A stretch of DNA of 64,000 bases from the human T2T-CHM13v2.0 reference genome, Homo sapiens. Shown piece after piece: positions 50,178 through 63,316 of this stretch; the stretch's first letter is position 1, and each line of letters starts with the position of its first letter. The translations under genes were made by a program, and so were the position numbers. The stretch lies in assembly GCF_009914755.1 (NCBI RefSeq), contig NC_060926.1; one strand, 5' to 3'. Below the pieces are notes generated by a model, which saw only the letters and a list, made by a program, of their open reading frames with translations, did not search any database and was not told the DNA's origin.

Positions 50178-53100
50178 TCATAGTATTAAAAGAAAATCCC
50201 TTGGAGAGGAAATAGCAATACCAGGCAAAATGAGTATATATTTTTATGTTACAACACAATAGCATATAGCATATGCAAACTATTTATTTAAATAATTTTA
50301 AAGCTAAAATGGAGATGAGGTCACACATTTATACACTGCTAGAGCTAAAAACAATCATAGAAATAAGTATCTGAAATATCCAGATTTTTTAAATACAAAA
50401 ACTGAAGCTCAGGAAATTGATTTTTTCACCCCAGAGTCTTACATTTACATATTGGCAATGTTTCAACTCAGACATAGGAATGTGACCATTCAAGGAAAGG
50501 GCAACTGCAAAGCTTCAAAAGACACGCTATTCTCACAAATATTTTCCTTTTTGTCACCTAAAGTAAATTTCAGATTACTTACAATCTCTAGAAATTAACA
50601 TTTCATTAAACCATAACTAGGAAATGTGTATTTAATATTTGAGCAAAAGTTAAGAAACATATTTAAACTTAATTAAAACAAAAATAAATTAAAGAAAATT
50701 AATTAAAACAAATTTTTATGTAATGTTTTGAGCCAAAGTTAAGAAATTTAATTAAAACAAAATCATTTTTGGTGTTTATGTTTTTGATAGGTAAAAATAA
50801 TTTTCTCCTACCAAATAACAGGAAATATTAATATTTATTGCCAATTAAGAGAGGAATGTGAGTCCTGGAAGTGGAGAAGTGAAACTGAGAGGCAATAAGG
50901 GGGAAGGGGGAGAAGAGATCATTAGAAAATTAAGAACAGGGCAAATGTAAACATGTAAACACATTTCTTAAAATTTGCAATTGAAATCTGAAGAGAATGT
51001 GATATACTATAGATCTCCACTACTAAGAATACAACGAACACATTGAAATAAAAAAGAAACACATAATAAAGGAAATAATGCCAATGTTTCTTTTTATAGT
51101 AATGAATAGTATTTTAATATGCCTGTTCTATGTATAGTTGTCCATAACTACTAAAACTCTCTAAAAATGAATGGAATTATTTTGTCTGGACTTTATAGTT
51201 AAATTTGTAAGTTTTTTTTTTTTTTTTTCAGAAAAAGATTACATTGTTTTCTTTGAATGAATTCACCTTTCTTCATCAAAACTACTGATTTCCATACTAA
51301 CTAAATTTGTTTAAAAGCAAAGCTCTTTATGGTATGTTATCGTCATTTCCTTAAGAGGGGAAAAAAAACAAATAAAAGTTAGCATTACATATCTGAACCA
51401 AACGGAGGTTTTCAAGAATAAAATTCTGCACAACTACAAAACTAGTAGCTCCAAATGAAAGGAAATGGAATAAAAAACGAATGCAAGATAATACAATGAA
51501 TTTTTGGCATGAGAGGAAAAAAAAAGAATAATATATTAAATGTGTATTTCTCTATTATAATTACCATACATATTAAAAATGAGAATGATATAGAGAGATT
51601 GAGAAACCTGTGGCTACTTTTGGCTATTTTACCTGCTTTTTGTATTTGCTCTTCTAGGTACCTGTTATTGAGTGAGATAAGCAAATGGTATTTCAGGACC
51701 AAAACATCTGTTTCCTGAAGAGTTGCTCCTTTAATTGTGTATCTACCTACCTGTCTATGTAACTCTTGGTAAATGAATTAATTTGTTAGTTAAAATCAAT
51801 CTATTAATTCATAATGAATGGGATATCTTGTGGGAGGTACATGTGCTTTGCAAATACATGGAAAGACGAGACTTTCCTAACAGGTTCTGGAATTCAGGTT
51901 GATATTACCTTTTTAAAAATTTTTAAGGATTAATAGCTAAAAAGATCAAGTCAGTTTCTTCATTTCTCCTGAAGGCCTGTTTCCATCAGATTTTATCTCT
52001 GCCTAGGCAAATACATTGGAGACTTCTCAACTTTCTGCTTCTGATGATCTCAACTTGTGGTATGGCAAAAGGAGAGCAAAATGTTCACCCAGGTATGGGA
52101 ATTTCTCACAAAAATGTTACTTTATTATATTTAGGGGAAAAAGGGGGCAAAATCTACACTCATAATACCTGAGACTGGATTTCTAGAACCTTTTGGTTTC
52201 AGATTTATGATGAATTAGAAAACTTCCTGATTAGAAAAATGTTATAGTTTCAAATATTAGCTAAAATTTTTATCTGTAAGTACAATAAACATGACAAATA
52301 ATGATCAGTGTTTTCACTCCTATTAAGGAGAGTATTTTTAGTAATAAAAATAAGCCTTAATGTGAAAAAGCTAAGAATTCATGATTGCTTCTAATGACAA
52401 GTATCTGGGAGGGGTCTGAGTTTGGTTCAAGAGAGGAACTACAGCTGTTGGTGACTACAACCATCTGCCCAGATGACATCGTGATCAACTCCTCTGAATC
52501 ACTCTAAAGGAACGAGAAGTCCTGGCAGCTGAGTCATGATCCCCCAGGAGCCATTAAGAAGTTAATCTTCAGTCACTTCCATCCAAACAGAAGAAAACCC
52601 ATGAAGGATGAGAACTATGGGTCCTGAGAATGACAGGTAATTGGTGCCACTTTATTCACAGAATCCAATAAATAGTACTCTTTGATTCACATATTTAATG
52701 CTCATTATTGTACATTTTTATAAAGACAAGTTAGTCTAAATTGCCATTCATCTCTTTCTTATCAAAGTCCTACCCAACACATGATCATATCATCAGAAAT
52801 CAGATATTTTCTTGTTGAATGCCCTACCTAACTCATTCAATTGTAATTTTCTGGGAATGGTGACCAGAGATTTGATATTTTTGGAAGTTACATCAAATCC
52901 TCATTACTTTATAAGTGATTTAAAATTTATCACATGGTACACTTTTCATATCTTTCAAAGGATTAATATATAAAAAATATATAGTTAATGCTCAGCTTTA
53001 AAGACATTAAAGGACAGAGTTATACAGAAAGAAAGATCCAGAGATCTTTCTTTAATAAAGATATTAAAATTGAATCTGCTTATTCAAGTATAATGATAGA

Positions 53101-54719
53101 ACAGAAAGAGATCTTAAAATTGTTTAATCTCTTCCTTGGCTTTCAAAAATATAAAGTCTTCTTTATTGGAGATTTCTTTATCCATAGAATATCTTAATTC
53201 CCCACTCCCCAACTTCCTCCCCATGTGAAGTTTTATCTGTCTTTAAAATATTTGTGTTGTCTTCTTCAGGATATATCATTGATTGGCACTTTTTGATTCT
53301 AGTTTTATATACTGTTATCCTTGTATATTAAAGTAGGTCTCAAATATATCTTTCATGGTGGTGTGTAAGGTTCTGAGAGAGCTGGAAAAAAGGTATAAGC
53401 TCCCTTCTAAAGTGCAAGTATATACTTGCAGAGATATTTTTTCACTTACATTCTTGGAGATCATCCATGGTCTCCCCATGTCTTTTACAAAAGAGGTTTC
53501 CAGCACCTATTAGGGAAGCTAGATGGTCACTTGTATCTTCCTTATCTCTGTATTAGATGATAATATCGAATGCAGGTAAGTGGTGGTGGGGAGAGTAATA
53601 TTGACAGAATAGTTATATGGCAAACATTGGCACCTCAGAAATTTTTTGCTTTTTTGAGGGCTCTTATTAATATTTGCAAACTTTAAAAAGCCTTGAAAAG
53701 AGTTTTATCCAGAGCTCACCACATATAGAAAAACAGATCTCTCTTGTTATGGGAATTGAGGCTAGTCCAAATTCCCCCAGATTAAACATCTTTCCTCATT
53801 TGGCACATTCTTCAGCTGTTCCTTAAGAAAAAATCATACTAAGGAAAGTTAATTCTGGGAAGTCTAGAATTAGAATAAAATTATTACACTAAAAGGAAAG
53901 CCCAGATATCTCTTTAAAAATGCTTAATTTTTTTGAAAACTCACATCAGCACCAGATCATTTCTTTAATGTGTACAGATTTCCTTTCTTCATTGACTAAA
54001 TAGCTTTGCTAAACGAGATTAAAACCACATAACTCAAATGAGACATATAAGATCTTGAATAATGTTCACATAGCTACAACATCAAATTCCAGTGCTAATA
54101 TAAATTATGTCTACTACGTTTTCATTTATTTGGGATTATCTGTTTGCCTCAAGTGGTGTAAAAAAATTGAGCAGGAACCACCTGAAACTTCCTTTCACAA
54201 CAAGAGAAAGTTGTAATTTGTATTTACTTTACCTAGCTTTCTTTATATGAATGTAGCCAAGAAGCAGGGGAGGAAGGACAATTACAGGAAATTGTGATAG
54301 GAAACTATTAGGAAAAGCAATTTGTAATTTCTGCTAAAACTCTAGGTAAATAACCCTGAGCATTCATAGTCTGGCAAGTGGGAAGTACCTGTTGAACAAG
54401 TGATCACTTGATTGATTTTAAGCATGTGGAGCTCATTTGTCATCTAAAATATAGAAGAGAGTGAGATATTAGCTTCCTGAATAGCTATTGTTATTTAGAA
54501 AAAATAATGAACCAATAAACTTCTTACATAAGATGAAATAACTGTTTTCTAGAAACAGTGATCTTATGTTCTTCATTGTATAAACACTTATGTACTCATA
54601 TCACATAGCTCCTGGGATACAATAAACAATAAATGTATGTTTATCTTATTTAGGCAAACTAAAAGTTACAGGCTCTGTGCCCTTAAATTTTTAAATTTAT
54701 ATTCATCTTTTGTTTTTTA

Positions 54720-55640
54720 AGGTGTTATGAAAATACAATTTTAAAAGCCCTTCTATTTCTAACCACCATGTATTAACAGGGATTGGATTTTTCCACCCAC
54801 CTGAAATAAGTAAAAAAAAAAGACAAAATATAAGAAATTATATTGGTCAGTGGAGAGCAGTGATTTCATAGAGATGAGAAACAAGTGTTTAGCCCCACAT
54901 TTGTACATTTGTTCCACCAGACTGAGTGGAGACTCAGTTTAGTTTCTATATGAAAGCTCAGGGAGGAGGAACTCTACAAGAACCCAGTGGTCTCGCTGAG
55001 TTTGGGAGACAAAGCAGACAGTCTCAGGAGGTAGTTAGGGTATATAGTACCGAACGTCAGAGAGGACAGAGTTACACAGAAAGAAAGATCCAGAGATCTT
55101 CAGATGGACTTCTAGGCTTCAGCTCAATATTGATCTGTTGCATTCATAAGAGAAAAGTCTAAAGACTGGGTGAAGCACCACCTAAAAGGGTTAGAGGGGC
55201 CCACACATGTAAAGCAGGGAATATTTTTTGTTCCCAAGTTGCAAAACTCTCAGTTCATGGAGCATTAAGTATAGTACTCAGGTGTTTGCAACAGTAGTAG
55301 GAAAAAATTAACCATAGAATAAACAATTCTCTGGTCTTGCCTAACAAAGTTTAATAGCAAGACAACAAAATAGGAAACAGTTTCCAAGTACTTTAACTAC
55401 ATCCCAGAAGAGAGCTCAAGGATATTTATAGAAATACAACATATACCAACACCCAATAAGGTAAAATTCATAATATTAGGCAACCACATCAAAATTACTA
55501 GGGATGCAAAGAACAGTAGAATATAACTCATAATGAGAAAAGTCTAAATGACAGAAATGACATCAAAAACAGAATTAGCAGACAAAAATATTAAAAATGT
55601 AAAGTATTTTCCATATGTCCAAAAAACTAGAGAAAAGTTG
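54720..55640 (+). mobile_element. Ancient L1M 5'/ORF1-region fragment
   Basis: Degenerate L1M-like motifs (caataaggtaaaattcataat...caaaattactagggatgcaaagaa...agaattagcagacaa). Confidence 0.45.
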
Positions 55641-58600
55641 TATTACATTTTAATATAACCATTGTGATTCATTTTCTGAGATGAAAATTAATCTTTGAAG
55701 CTTCCTAAATGGACTTTAAAATATTACCAAAATATTCATAATAAACACCATTATTCTGGAGACTTACCCTGTTTCTGAGATTTACTCTGTTTTTAAGCCT
55801 TGGGAAATGAGGAATGAGGAATGAAGTGATGCTTACAGATGAATTATCATAGAATTCAAGGACTGGATAGAAATAGATAAGGGTCAAGAAGAGGAGAAGA
55901 GATAGACTAGGTTGGCAGCAGTGTGGTGGCAGCACTTGAGGGTGTGGTATATTTCGAGGGTGTCAAAGGCACATTGTGCTTGGTAATAAAAACTGTTTAC
56001 ATTTTATCAGTGTCCTACTGATGAATACTTTCACATTTCTGATGTTGAAATAGCTTTCTTATGCCCTAATAAGCAATATATAATATTTTTTACTCACATA
56101 TTGACTGGGTAATTCCTTGCAATAATTCCAAGTCTACACAGAGACCTGTGGTCCATCACATGGAACAATTGGGATAGTTGTACTGCAGCATTGGAACTTC
56201 TATTATGGGCCATGATGTCCTTATATTCTTTTGTTTTTGAAGTAATTTTAACACCTGGTTGTTCCAACTAAGAGAGGACATAGCATCCCAAATAGAGGCT
56301 TAAAGAGAAAACAGTGGATTTGACATGGGCCCATACTTTCTGTTATTGTCGGTTTGAGGAAGAAGAAAAGTAGAGGTGAAGAAGTTGCCTTCAGCAACTG
56401 GTAGCTACTGGTAGTTGAATCTCAGGCTGTGGTTCTACTTGGCACCTGACACTTGGAGAAGTGAAGACAGGGAGAGAAAGGTAATGGGAAGACTGGGCCC
56501 CCGGAATTGATACATAACACCAAGAAAGCAGTCAGTGAGGATTTCAGAAAGCCAGGAAAGATGGTCTATTATGAAGAGAACTTGCTGGAAACACTTGAAC
56601 ACTTCCCTGTTTCTGGTGAGATTTGATATCCAGAAACACATGTCTATTGAATTCAAGTTTCTCCTAATGCACATTGTAGCAATCAGAAAGAATTATAGTA
56701 CTGCTATATTTCTATAAAAGATAGCAGAATCTACCTTTGACACTAATGCATGAAAATATATTTGTGTTTTAAAAAGGCAGCCTGCCAAATTTAATTCCTA
56801 AAATGAGTTAATTGCTATAGATGGTAAACAAAAAAGGATGGCTGGTTGTAGAAGGCCTTTATTGAGAATAGATGAGTTGTATTGTAGTACAATTCTTAGA
56901 TCATGTCCACATAGAAAAAAATAAATTGATGATATAATTAACCCATTTTAACCTATATTATAATTCAATTTAATTAATTTATACTGATAAGATTTTTTTG
57001 AAAATCCTAGTCTAAGTAATTTTCTTCACTTTTCATATTGTCTGTTCCTTTTTATTTTTTGTAAGGATGTTTACTTTGCATTTTTTTTCTTGTATTAGGT
57101 AGAGATATCAGTTGAAAGATACCTTAAAATTTTGTGACACTGAATTTAATCAGCCAACCATTCCTAAGGAATTGATAGCATATTTACTATTTGGTTAGAT
57201 GGATAGGCACTCTGGCATTAAATTAAGTCTCTAAAGTTGGCATTTTTTCTCCATTAGTTTGCCATCCTGCCCACTTACCTCTTGAATTTGAAAGATGTAA
57301 ACAAAAGATTTCTAAAGATTAGAAAATTAATTTTTAAGATAATTAAGCTGTTTTGAAAATTAGAGTTTATTACAAAATATGTTATCATTTTATGTATTAT
57401 TAATTTAACAATAAGTTTTATGACAGAAGATTTAAGTCAAAATAGTTGTACAATCAACAAGCAAATGATAATCATTTCCTTAAATGATTATCTGACTGAT
57501 AAATGGACAATCAGTCAGACCATCAAACACCAGTTGATAACATAATCCATTTGGACAGGAACCACATTTCCAAAGGAGTTTTGATTTAGTCATTGGTGGT
57601 AAAACAAAAGATATCAGACTGTACCTTAAAAACAAAGAAACAAAACAAAACAAAAACTTGTCCAATTCAGTATACCTAATAGAGATAGGAATCAAATAGT
57701 AGTATATGTCATTAAACTTTTCCAACAAGATTCTGTGGTCACTTGAAGTAGAAAAACTTGGTTTTCCAATATAACTACTCAAATCAGTAAAAATAAATAT
57801 TTTAAAGTTTTACTCTTATTTTAAAATTACTTGATTAGTTATCTGTATTTACATTAATATTTTTCAATCTTTGTTGATCCCTAATTATATTTCATATAAT
57901 TTTATTAAGCTGTAGGCCACAAATTAACATTTCAAACTCAGCCAAATTTCAGGGACTATCCCTCTTTAGTTTAAGGATTAGATGAGATATGGACACTGTA
58001 TATTGAAATAATCATGCACTAGAATGATAGATTTAAAATAATCTTTAAAATGTGTTAGGGAGATTTTGCCTCCCTAACACATTTTATTCAAAAGTTTTGC
58101 AGTATCTCTCAAAATTGTCACAACTTTCCCCCTTTCATGTAAATATTATGCTTTTACACATGAAATATGACTCTCTGGGCAGTATGTTTCCTGCTTGAGT
58201 TTTGCCCTTTGTGTTTATATTATCTCATGTTATACAAAGTCATTTTGTGACTAATTTCCAGAGCACTGAGTCACAGTGTGGCTGTTGCTTATCTTTTCTT
58301 TTTTCCCACATGGTAGTACTCTTGGCCCTTATTTTTGGTAATTATTTTATACTAATGAGTGCTTTTTCATAATTAAATAATTGTTTCTCTCATTATATTT
58401 CTGTGGTTGTTTACTGCTGTATTATATGCTTTCATTTTTCACTAGAAGCAAACATTTTATAACAGGAACATAACAGTACATCATGTAGGCATGTTATCTA
58501 TTGTTTTAATTTACAAAATTGCACAACATAGACTTGATCGTAAGTATTCTCGTTTAAGTATCTCAGAATATGACCTTTGGTCTTTGGAGAATTGTAAAAT

Positions 58601-59128
58601 ATTTCCTTAGAGAGATTAGTTAATGCTGGCATAAAATATTCCATTTAGATTACGATTATTTTAATGGTTATACCTCATTTTAAATATCATCAACTAATAG
58701 TATTGAAAGATTATTTGAATAGAAGAATAACAGTCTCTATTTTATATGTTATGAAATAAAATGGAAAGGTAAACCGAACTTTCAAGAACTTCCAATTAAC
58801 CAAGCACAATTAGTAAAGAATTCTACTACAATCTTCAAATTATAAAAAAGCTACATACACCAATTAGTTACAAAAATGTTTATGGTTTAAAATCATAAAA
58901 ATTGCACATAAATTTGCTTAAGAACTAAATGCAAAATGCTGAGAACTCAAGTTTGGATTGCAGTTTGAGTTTACTCTGTTTACAGGGAAGGGCTGATTTT
59001 CATTTTACGCAAATAAACAGTGATCCTCCCCTATCAGTTCTTTGCCTCTCAGCACCCTGCTTTTCCCCCGAGAAAAAGAAATTAAAGTTATTTCTTATGG
59101 GCTAGACAGTATATTGCCAGGTACTCAC

Positions 59129-59421
59129 AAGTAAAATCTCTGATGAAAGTTCTTGGAATGTTTTTTTCAAAACGGAGTTGAGGTTATTTTGTTTTTCCTT
59201 CCAGGTATTGAAGACAGGATTTATCTTCTCTACTTCTTCTTTTAGAAGCAGATCAAGAAACTGGCGATTGAAGAGTAACTGAAAGAAACGCAATCTGATC
59301 TTACTAGCAGTGAAAGAGCGAGGTAAGAATTTGACTATTATCCAGCCTAAAGTCGCTGCTGTCTGTTAGAGCAAAGAGGGAGCCTCAGAGTCGGCTTCAG
59401 AGATCACTGGCAGTTGGGAAT
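59129..59421 (-). other. TFPI: TFPI non-coding exon 1 (5' end approximate, multiple TSS likely)
   Basis: Minus strand reads ATTCCCAACTGCCAGTGATC...CAGAGATTTTACTT|GTGAGT, matching the recalled TFPI mRNA 5' end; consensus donor at 59129/59128. Confidence 0.9.
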
Positions 59422-59700
59422 AGCCCAACTTCCTGTTTAGGTCACTGCAACTCTGACTCTATTTAGTCTAAACCTCTTTTTTCTTTCTTTCTTTCTTTTT
59501 TTTAGTGGAGGAAACAGATGAAGGAAACAGCTTACACCAAGATTTCAGATACGATCATTTTGAATAGCTATTTCCTTTACTTTCCAGGATTGTTTTTGTA
59601 ATCAGTTGAAAAAGAATGCTTTTTTCCCCCTAGAGTTAGGGTTTAAAAAATTACATATTTATTATTACACTGTTAATAAGCTTTTTTGCAGTTTGTTTCT
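59422..59700 (-). promoter_or_regulatory. TFPI: TFPI proximal promoter
   Basis: Directly upstream of exon 1; ETS consensus ACAGGAAGT at 59428-59436 (minus), AGGTCA half-site at 59439-59444, further GGAA cores. Confidence 0.65.
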
Positions 59701-59814
59701 TCTTCAAGTTATTTCATTTGTTTCACCCACTGTCAATGTATTTATTTTTTTTAAAAGTCTGAGGGCTACCGTTGGAGGTCTCTCTTAGTGAGACAATGTA
59801 ATGCATTATCTATT

Positions 59815-60030
59815 GCAGGTGTCAGGCTTTGAGCCCTACCTTAGCTACTTGCTAACTTGGCTACTCAGCCCAGTTATTTGAATTCACTATGCCTCAGTTC
59901 CTTTGTTCCTAAAATGTCGATAATAAAAGTTTCTGGGCTTGATGTAAGTACTAAATGGCTTAATACATAAAAAGTACTTAAGGCAGGACCCAGCATGTAG
60001 CAAACCTCCAATAATTGTTGGCTATCATTA
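59815..60030 (+). mobile_element. MIR SINE in the TFPI upstream region
   Basis: MIR core: ctacttgctaacttgg...gcctcagttcctttgttcctaaaatg. Confidence 0.6.
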
Positions 60031-60770
60031 TCGCTGTTTTCTGTATTTCTATTATTATTATTCTACAAAATATGTAAATATTTACAGATGTCAACCAGAG
60101 TCTCTGCTGTATGTCCCTATCATTGAGGTTCATCCGTACTGTCTCTGTATTGGAATTATGGTCATATCAGACTAAGATCACTAGAGATCTAATAAATGGG
60201 CAGAATCTACTTTGCCAGGAAGGCTGAAGACATTTGGTCAGAAAATGTAGGAGTTTCTTGCTTCTGCATCTCAGATTCTTTGTGCCTTCAATTTTTCTTG
60301 CTTTCCTTAGACCTCTCTGTAAAAGGTAACCTTTCATCTTGAGTGTTTTTAATACATATTGAATAATTATTTGGTGGTGACTGGAACATAAATTATCGAT
60401 TTAATTCTCACAACTAGCTTATAAAGAAGGTCCTCTTTGTATGCCCATTTCACATGTCTAGGAAGATCGAGTTCAGTATGTGGAGCTGTGATTCTAATGT
60501 CATGCAGTCTGCCTTTAGAGCAAAAATGCATAAATCCTCCTCCATGCTGCCTTCTCACTCATGTTCTGGATTTCATATCATGTTAATAACTTATCTCCTA
60601 TTACCTCATGCCCTGCCCCTCAACCACAATCAAAGCTATCATCTCACTCAGATTGTAGAGGAAAGTCCTTTTTTCTTGGTACCACCATGGACCTTGATTA
60701 AACTTTTGAGGAATCTGTAGCTCAGGTAGAGGCAAGCTCAGCCAATCAGATTTTCTTTCTTGAAAGTTTC

Positions 60771-62863
60771 GCCTCTCCTCCCTCTCCCTCTCCCTCTCCC
60801 TCTCCCTCTCCGTCTCCCTCTCCCTCTCCCTCTCACGGTCTCCCTCTCCCTCTCTTTCCACAGTCTCCCTCTGATGCCGAGCAGAAGCTAGACTGTACTG
60901 CTGCCATCTCAGCTCACTGCAACCTCCCTGCCTGATTCTCCTGCCTCAGCCTGCTGAGTGCCTGCAATTGCAGGCGCGCCGCCACGCCTGACTGGTTTTC
61001 GTATTTTTTTGGTGGAGACGGGGATTCGCTGTGTTGGCCGGGCTGGTCTCCAGCTCCTAACCGCGAGTGATCCACCAGCCTCGGCCTCCTGAGGTGCCGG
61101 GATTGCAGACGGAGTCTGGTTCACTCAGTGCTCAATGGCGCCCAGACTGGAGTGCAGTGGCGTGATCTCAGCTCGCTACAACCTCCACCTCCCAGCCGCC
61201 TCCCTTGGCCTCCCAAAGTGCAGAGATTGCAGCCTCTGCCCGGCCGCCACCCCGCCTGGGAAGTGAGGAGCGTCTCTGCCTGGCCGCCCATTGTCTGGGA
61301 TGTGAGGAGCCCCTCTGCCTGGCTGCCCAGTCTGGAAAGTGAGGAGTGTCTCTGCCTGGCCGCCATCCCATCTAGGAAGTGAGGAGCGCCTCTTCCCGGC
61401 CGCCATCCCATCTAGGAAGTGAGGAGCCTCTCTGCCCAGCCGCCCATCGTCTGAGATGTGGGGAGCGCCTCTGCCCCGCCGCCCCGTCTGGGATGTGAGG
61501 AGCGCCTCTACCCCGCCGCGACCCCGTCTGGGAGGTGAGGAGCGTCTCTGCCCGGCGGCCCCGTCTGGGAAGTGAGGAGACCCTCCGCCCGGCAGCCGCC
61601 CCATCTGAGAAGTGAGGAGCCCCTCTGCCCAGCAGCCACCCTGTCTGGGAAGTGAGGAGCGTCTCTGCCCAGCAGCCACCCCGTCTGGGAGGGAGGTGGG
61701 GGGTCAGCCCCCCGCCCGGCCAGCCGCCCCGTCCGGGAGGTGAGGGGCGCCTCTGCCCGGCGGCCCCTACTGGGAAGTGAGGAGCCCCTCTGCCCGGCCA
61801 GCCGCCCCGTCTGGGAAGTGAGGAGCGTCTCCGCCCAGCAGCCACCCCGTCCGGGAGGGAGGTGGGGGGATCAGCCCCCCGCCCGGCCAGCCGCCCAGTC
61901 CGGGAGGGAGGTGGGGGGGTCAGCCCCCCGCCCGGCCAGCCGCCCCGTCCGGGAGGTGAGGGGTGCCTCTGCCCGGCCGCCCCTACTGGGAAGTGAGGAG
62001 CCCCTCTGCCCGGCCAGCCGCCCGGTCCGGGAGGGAGGTGGGGGGGTCAGCCCCCTGCCTGGCAAGCCGCCCCGTCTGGGAGGGAGGTGGGGGGATCAGC
62101 CCCCCGCCGGGCCAGCCACCCCGTCCGGGAGGTGAGGGGTGCCTCTGCCCGGCCGCCCCTACTGGGAAGTGAGGAGCCCCTCTGCCCGGCCAGCCGCCCC
62201 ATCCGGGAGTGAGGTGGGGGGGTCAGCCCCCTGCCCGGCCAGCCGCCCCGTCCGGGAGGTGAGGGGCGCCTCTGCCCGGCCGCCCCTACTGGGAAGTGAG
62301 GAGCCCCTCTGCCCGGCCACCACCCCGTCTGGGAGGTGTACCCAACAGCTCATTGAGAACGGGCCATGATGACAATGGCGGTTTTGTGGAATAGAAAGCG
62401 GGGAAAGGTGGGGAAAAGATTGAGAAATCGGATGGTTGCCGTGTCTGTGTAGAAAGAGGTAGACATGGGAGACTTTTCATTTTGTTCTGTACTAAGAAAA
62501 ATTCTTATCCTGTTGATCTGTGACCTTACCCCCAACCCCGTGCTCTCTGAAACATGTGCTGTGTCCACTCAGGGCTAAATGGATTAAGGGCGGTGCAAGA
62601 TGTGCTTTGTTAAACAGATGCTTGAAGGCAGCATGCTCGTTGAGAGTCATCACCACTCCCTAATCTCAAGTAACCAGGGACACAAACACTGTGGAAGGCC
62701 GCAGGGTCCTCTGCCTAGGAAAACCAGAGACCTTTGTTCACTTGTTTATCTGCTGACCTTCCCTCCACTATTGTCCTATGACCCTGCCAAATCCCCCTCT
62801 GCGAGAAACACCCAAGAATGATCAATAAAAAAATAAAATAAAATAAAATAAAATAAAATAAAT
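60771..62863 (+). mobile_element. Full-length SVA retrotransposon (SVA_D-like)
   Basis: (CCCTCT)n at ~60778-60858, antisense Alu-like region, GC-rich VNTR ~61250-62335, SINE-R, AATAAA and (AAAAT)n tail; TSD aaagtttc at 60763-60770 and 62864-62871. Confidence 0.96.
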
Positions 62864-62867
62864 AAAG

Positions 62868-63316
62868 TTTCATGCGCATCCGTGTGAAGAGACCACCAAA
62901 CAGGCTTTGTGTGAGCAGCATGGCTGTTTATTTCACCTGGGTGCAGGCGGGCTGAGTCCGAAAAGAGAGTCAGCCAAGGGAGATAAGGGTGGGGCTGTTT
63001 TATAGGATTTGGGTAGGTAAAGGAAAATTACAGTCAAAGGGGGTTTGTTCTCTGGCGGGCAGGAGTGGGGGCCGCAAGGTGCTCAGTGGGGGTGCTTTGA
63101 GCCAGGATGAGCCAGGAAAAGGAGTTTCACAAGGTAATGTCATCAGTTAAGGCAAGGACCGGCCATTTACACTTCTTTTGTGGTGGAATGTCATCATTAA
63201 GGTGGTGCAGGGCATATTCACTTCTTTTGTGATTCTTCAGTTACTTCAGGCCATCTGGGCATATACGTGCAGGTCACAGGGGATGCATGGCTTGGCTTGG
63301 GCTCAGAGGCCTGACA
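62868..63316 (-). mobile_element. LTR7-family 3' LTR of a HERV-H provirus
   Basis: Minus strand TGTCAGGCCTCTGAGCCCAAGCCAAGCC...GGTCTCTTCACACGGATGCGCATGAAA, 449 bp. Confidence 0.93.

Noticed and set aside
50630-50765. Repeated tttgagc(a/c)aaagttaagaaa and ttaattaaaacaaa motifs
   Set aside because: AT-rich low-complexity slippage duplication with no sign of function
55920-57700. Possible ancient DNA-transposon or pseudogene remnant
   Set aside because: No recognisable protein motif or terminal repeats could be established by eye; needs a Dfam search
59102-59293. 63-aa ORF across exon 1
   Set aside because: TTG start, runs through the donor into the intron; when spliced it stops early (CTT AGA TGA) and is out of frame with TFPI
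61121-62568. Many overlapping Pro/Gly/Arg-rich ORFs and a CRISPR-like repeat array
   Set aside because: This is the SVA VNTR: GC-rich tandem units with few stops, no unique spacers and no cas genes
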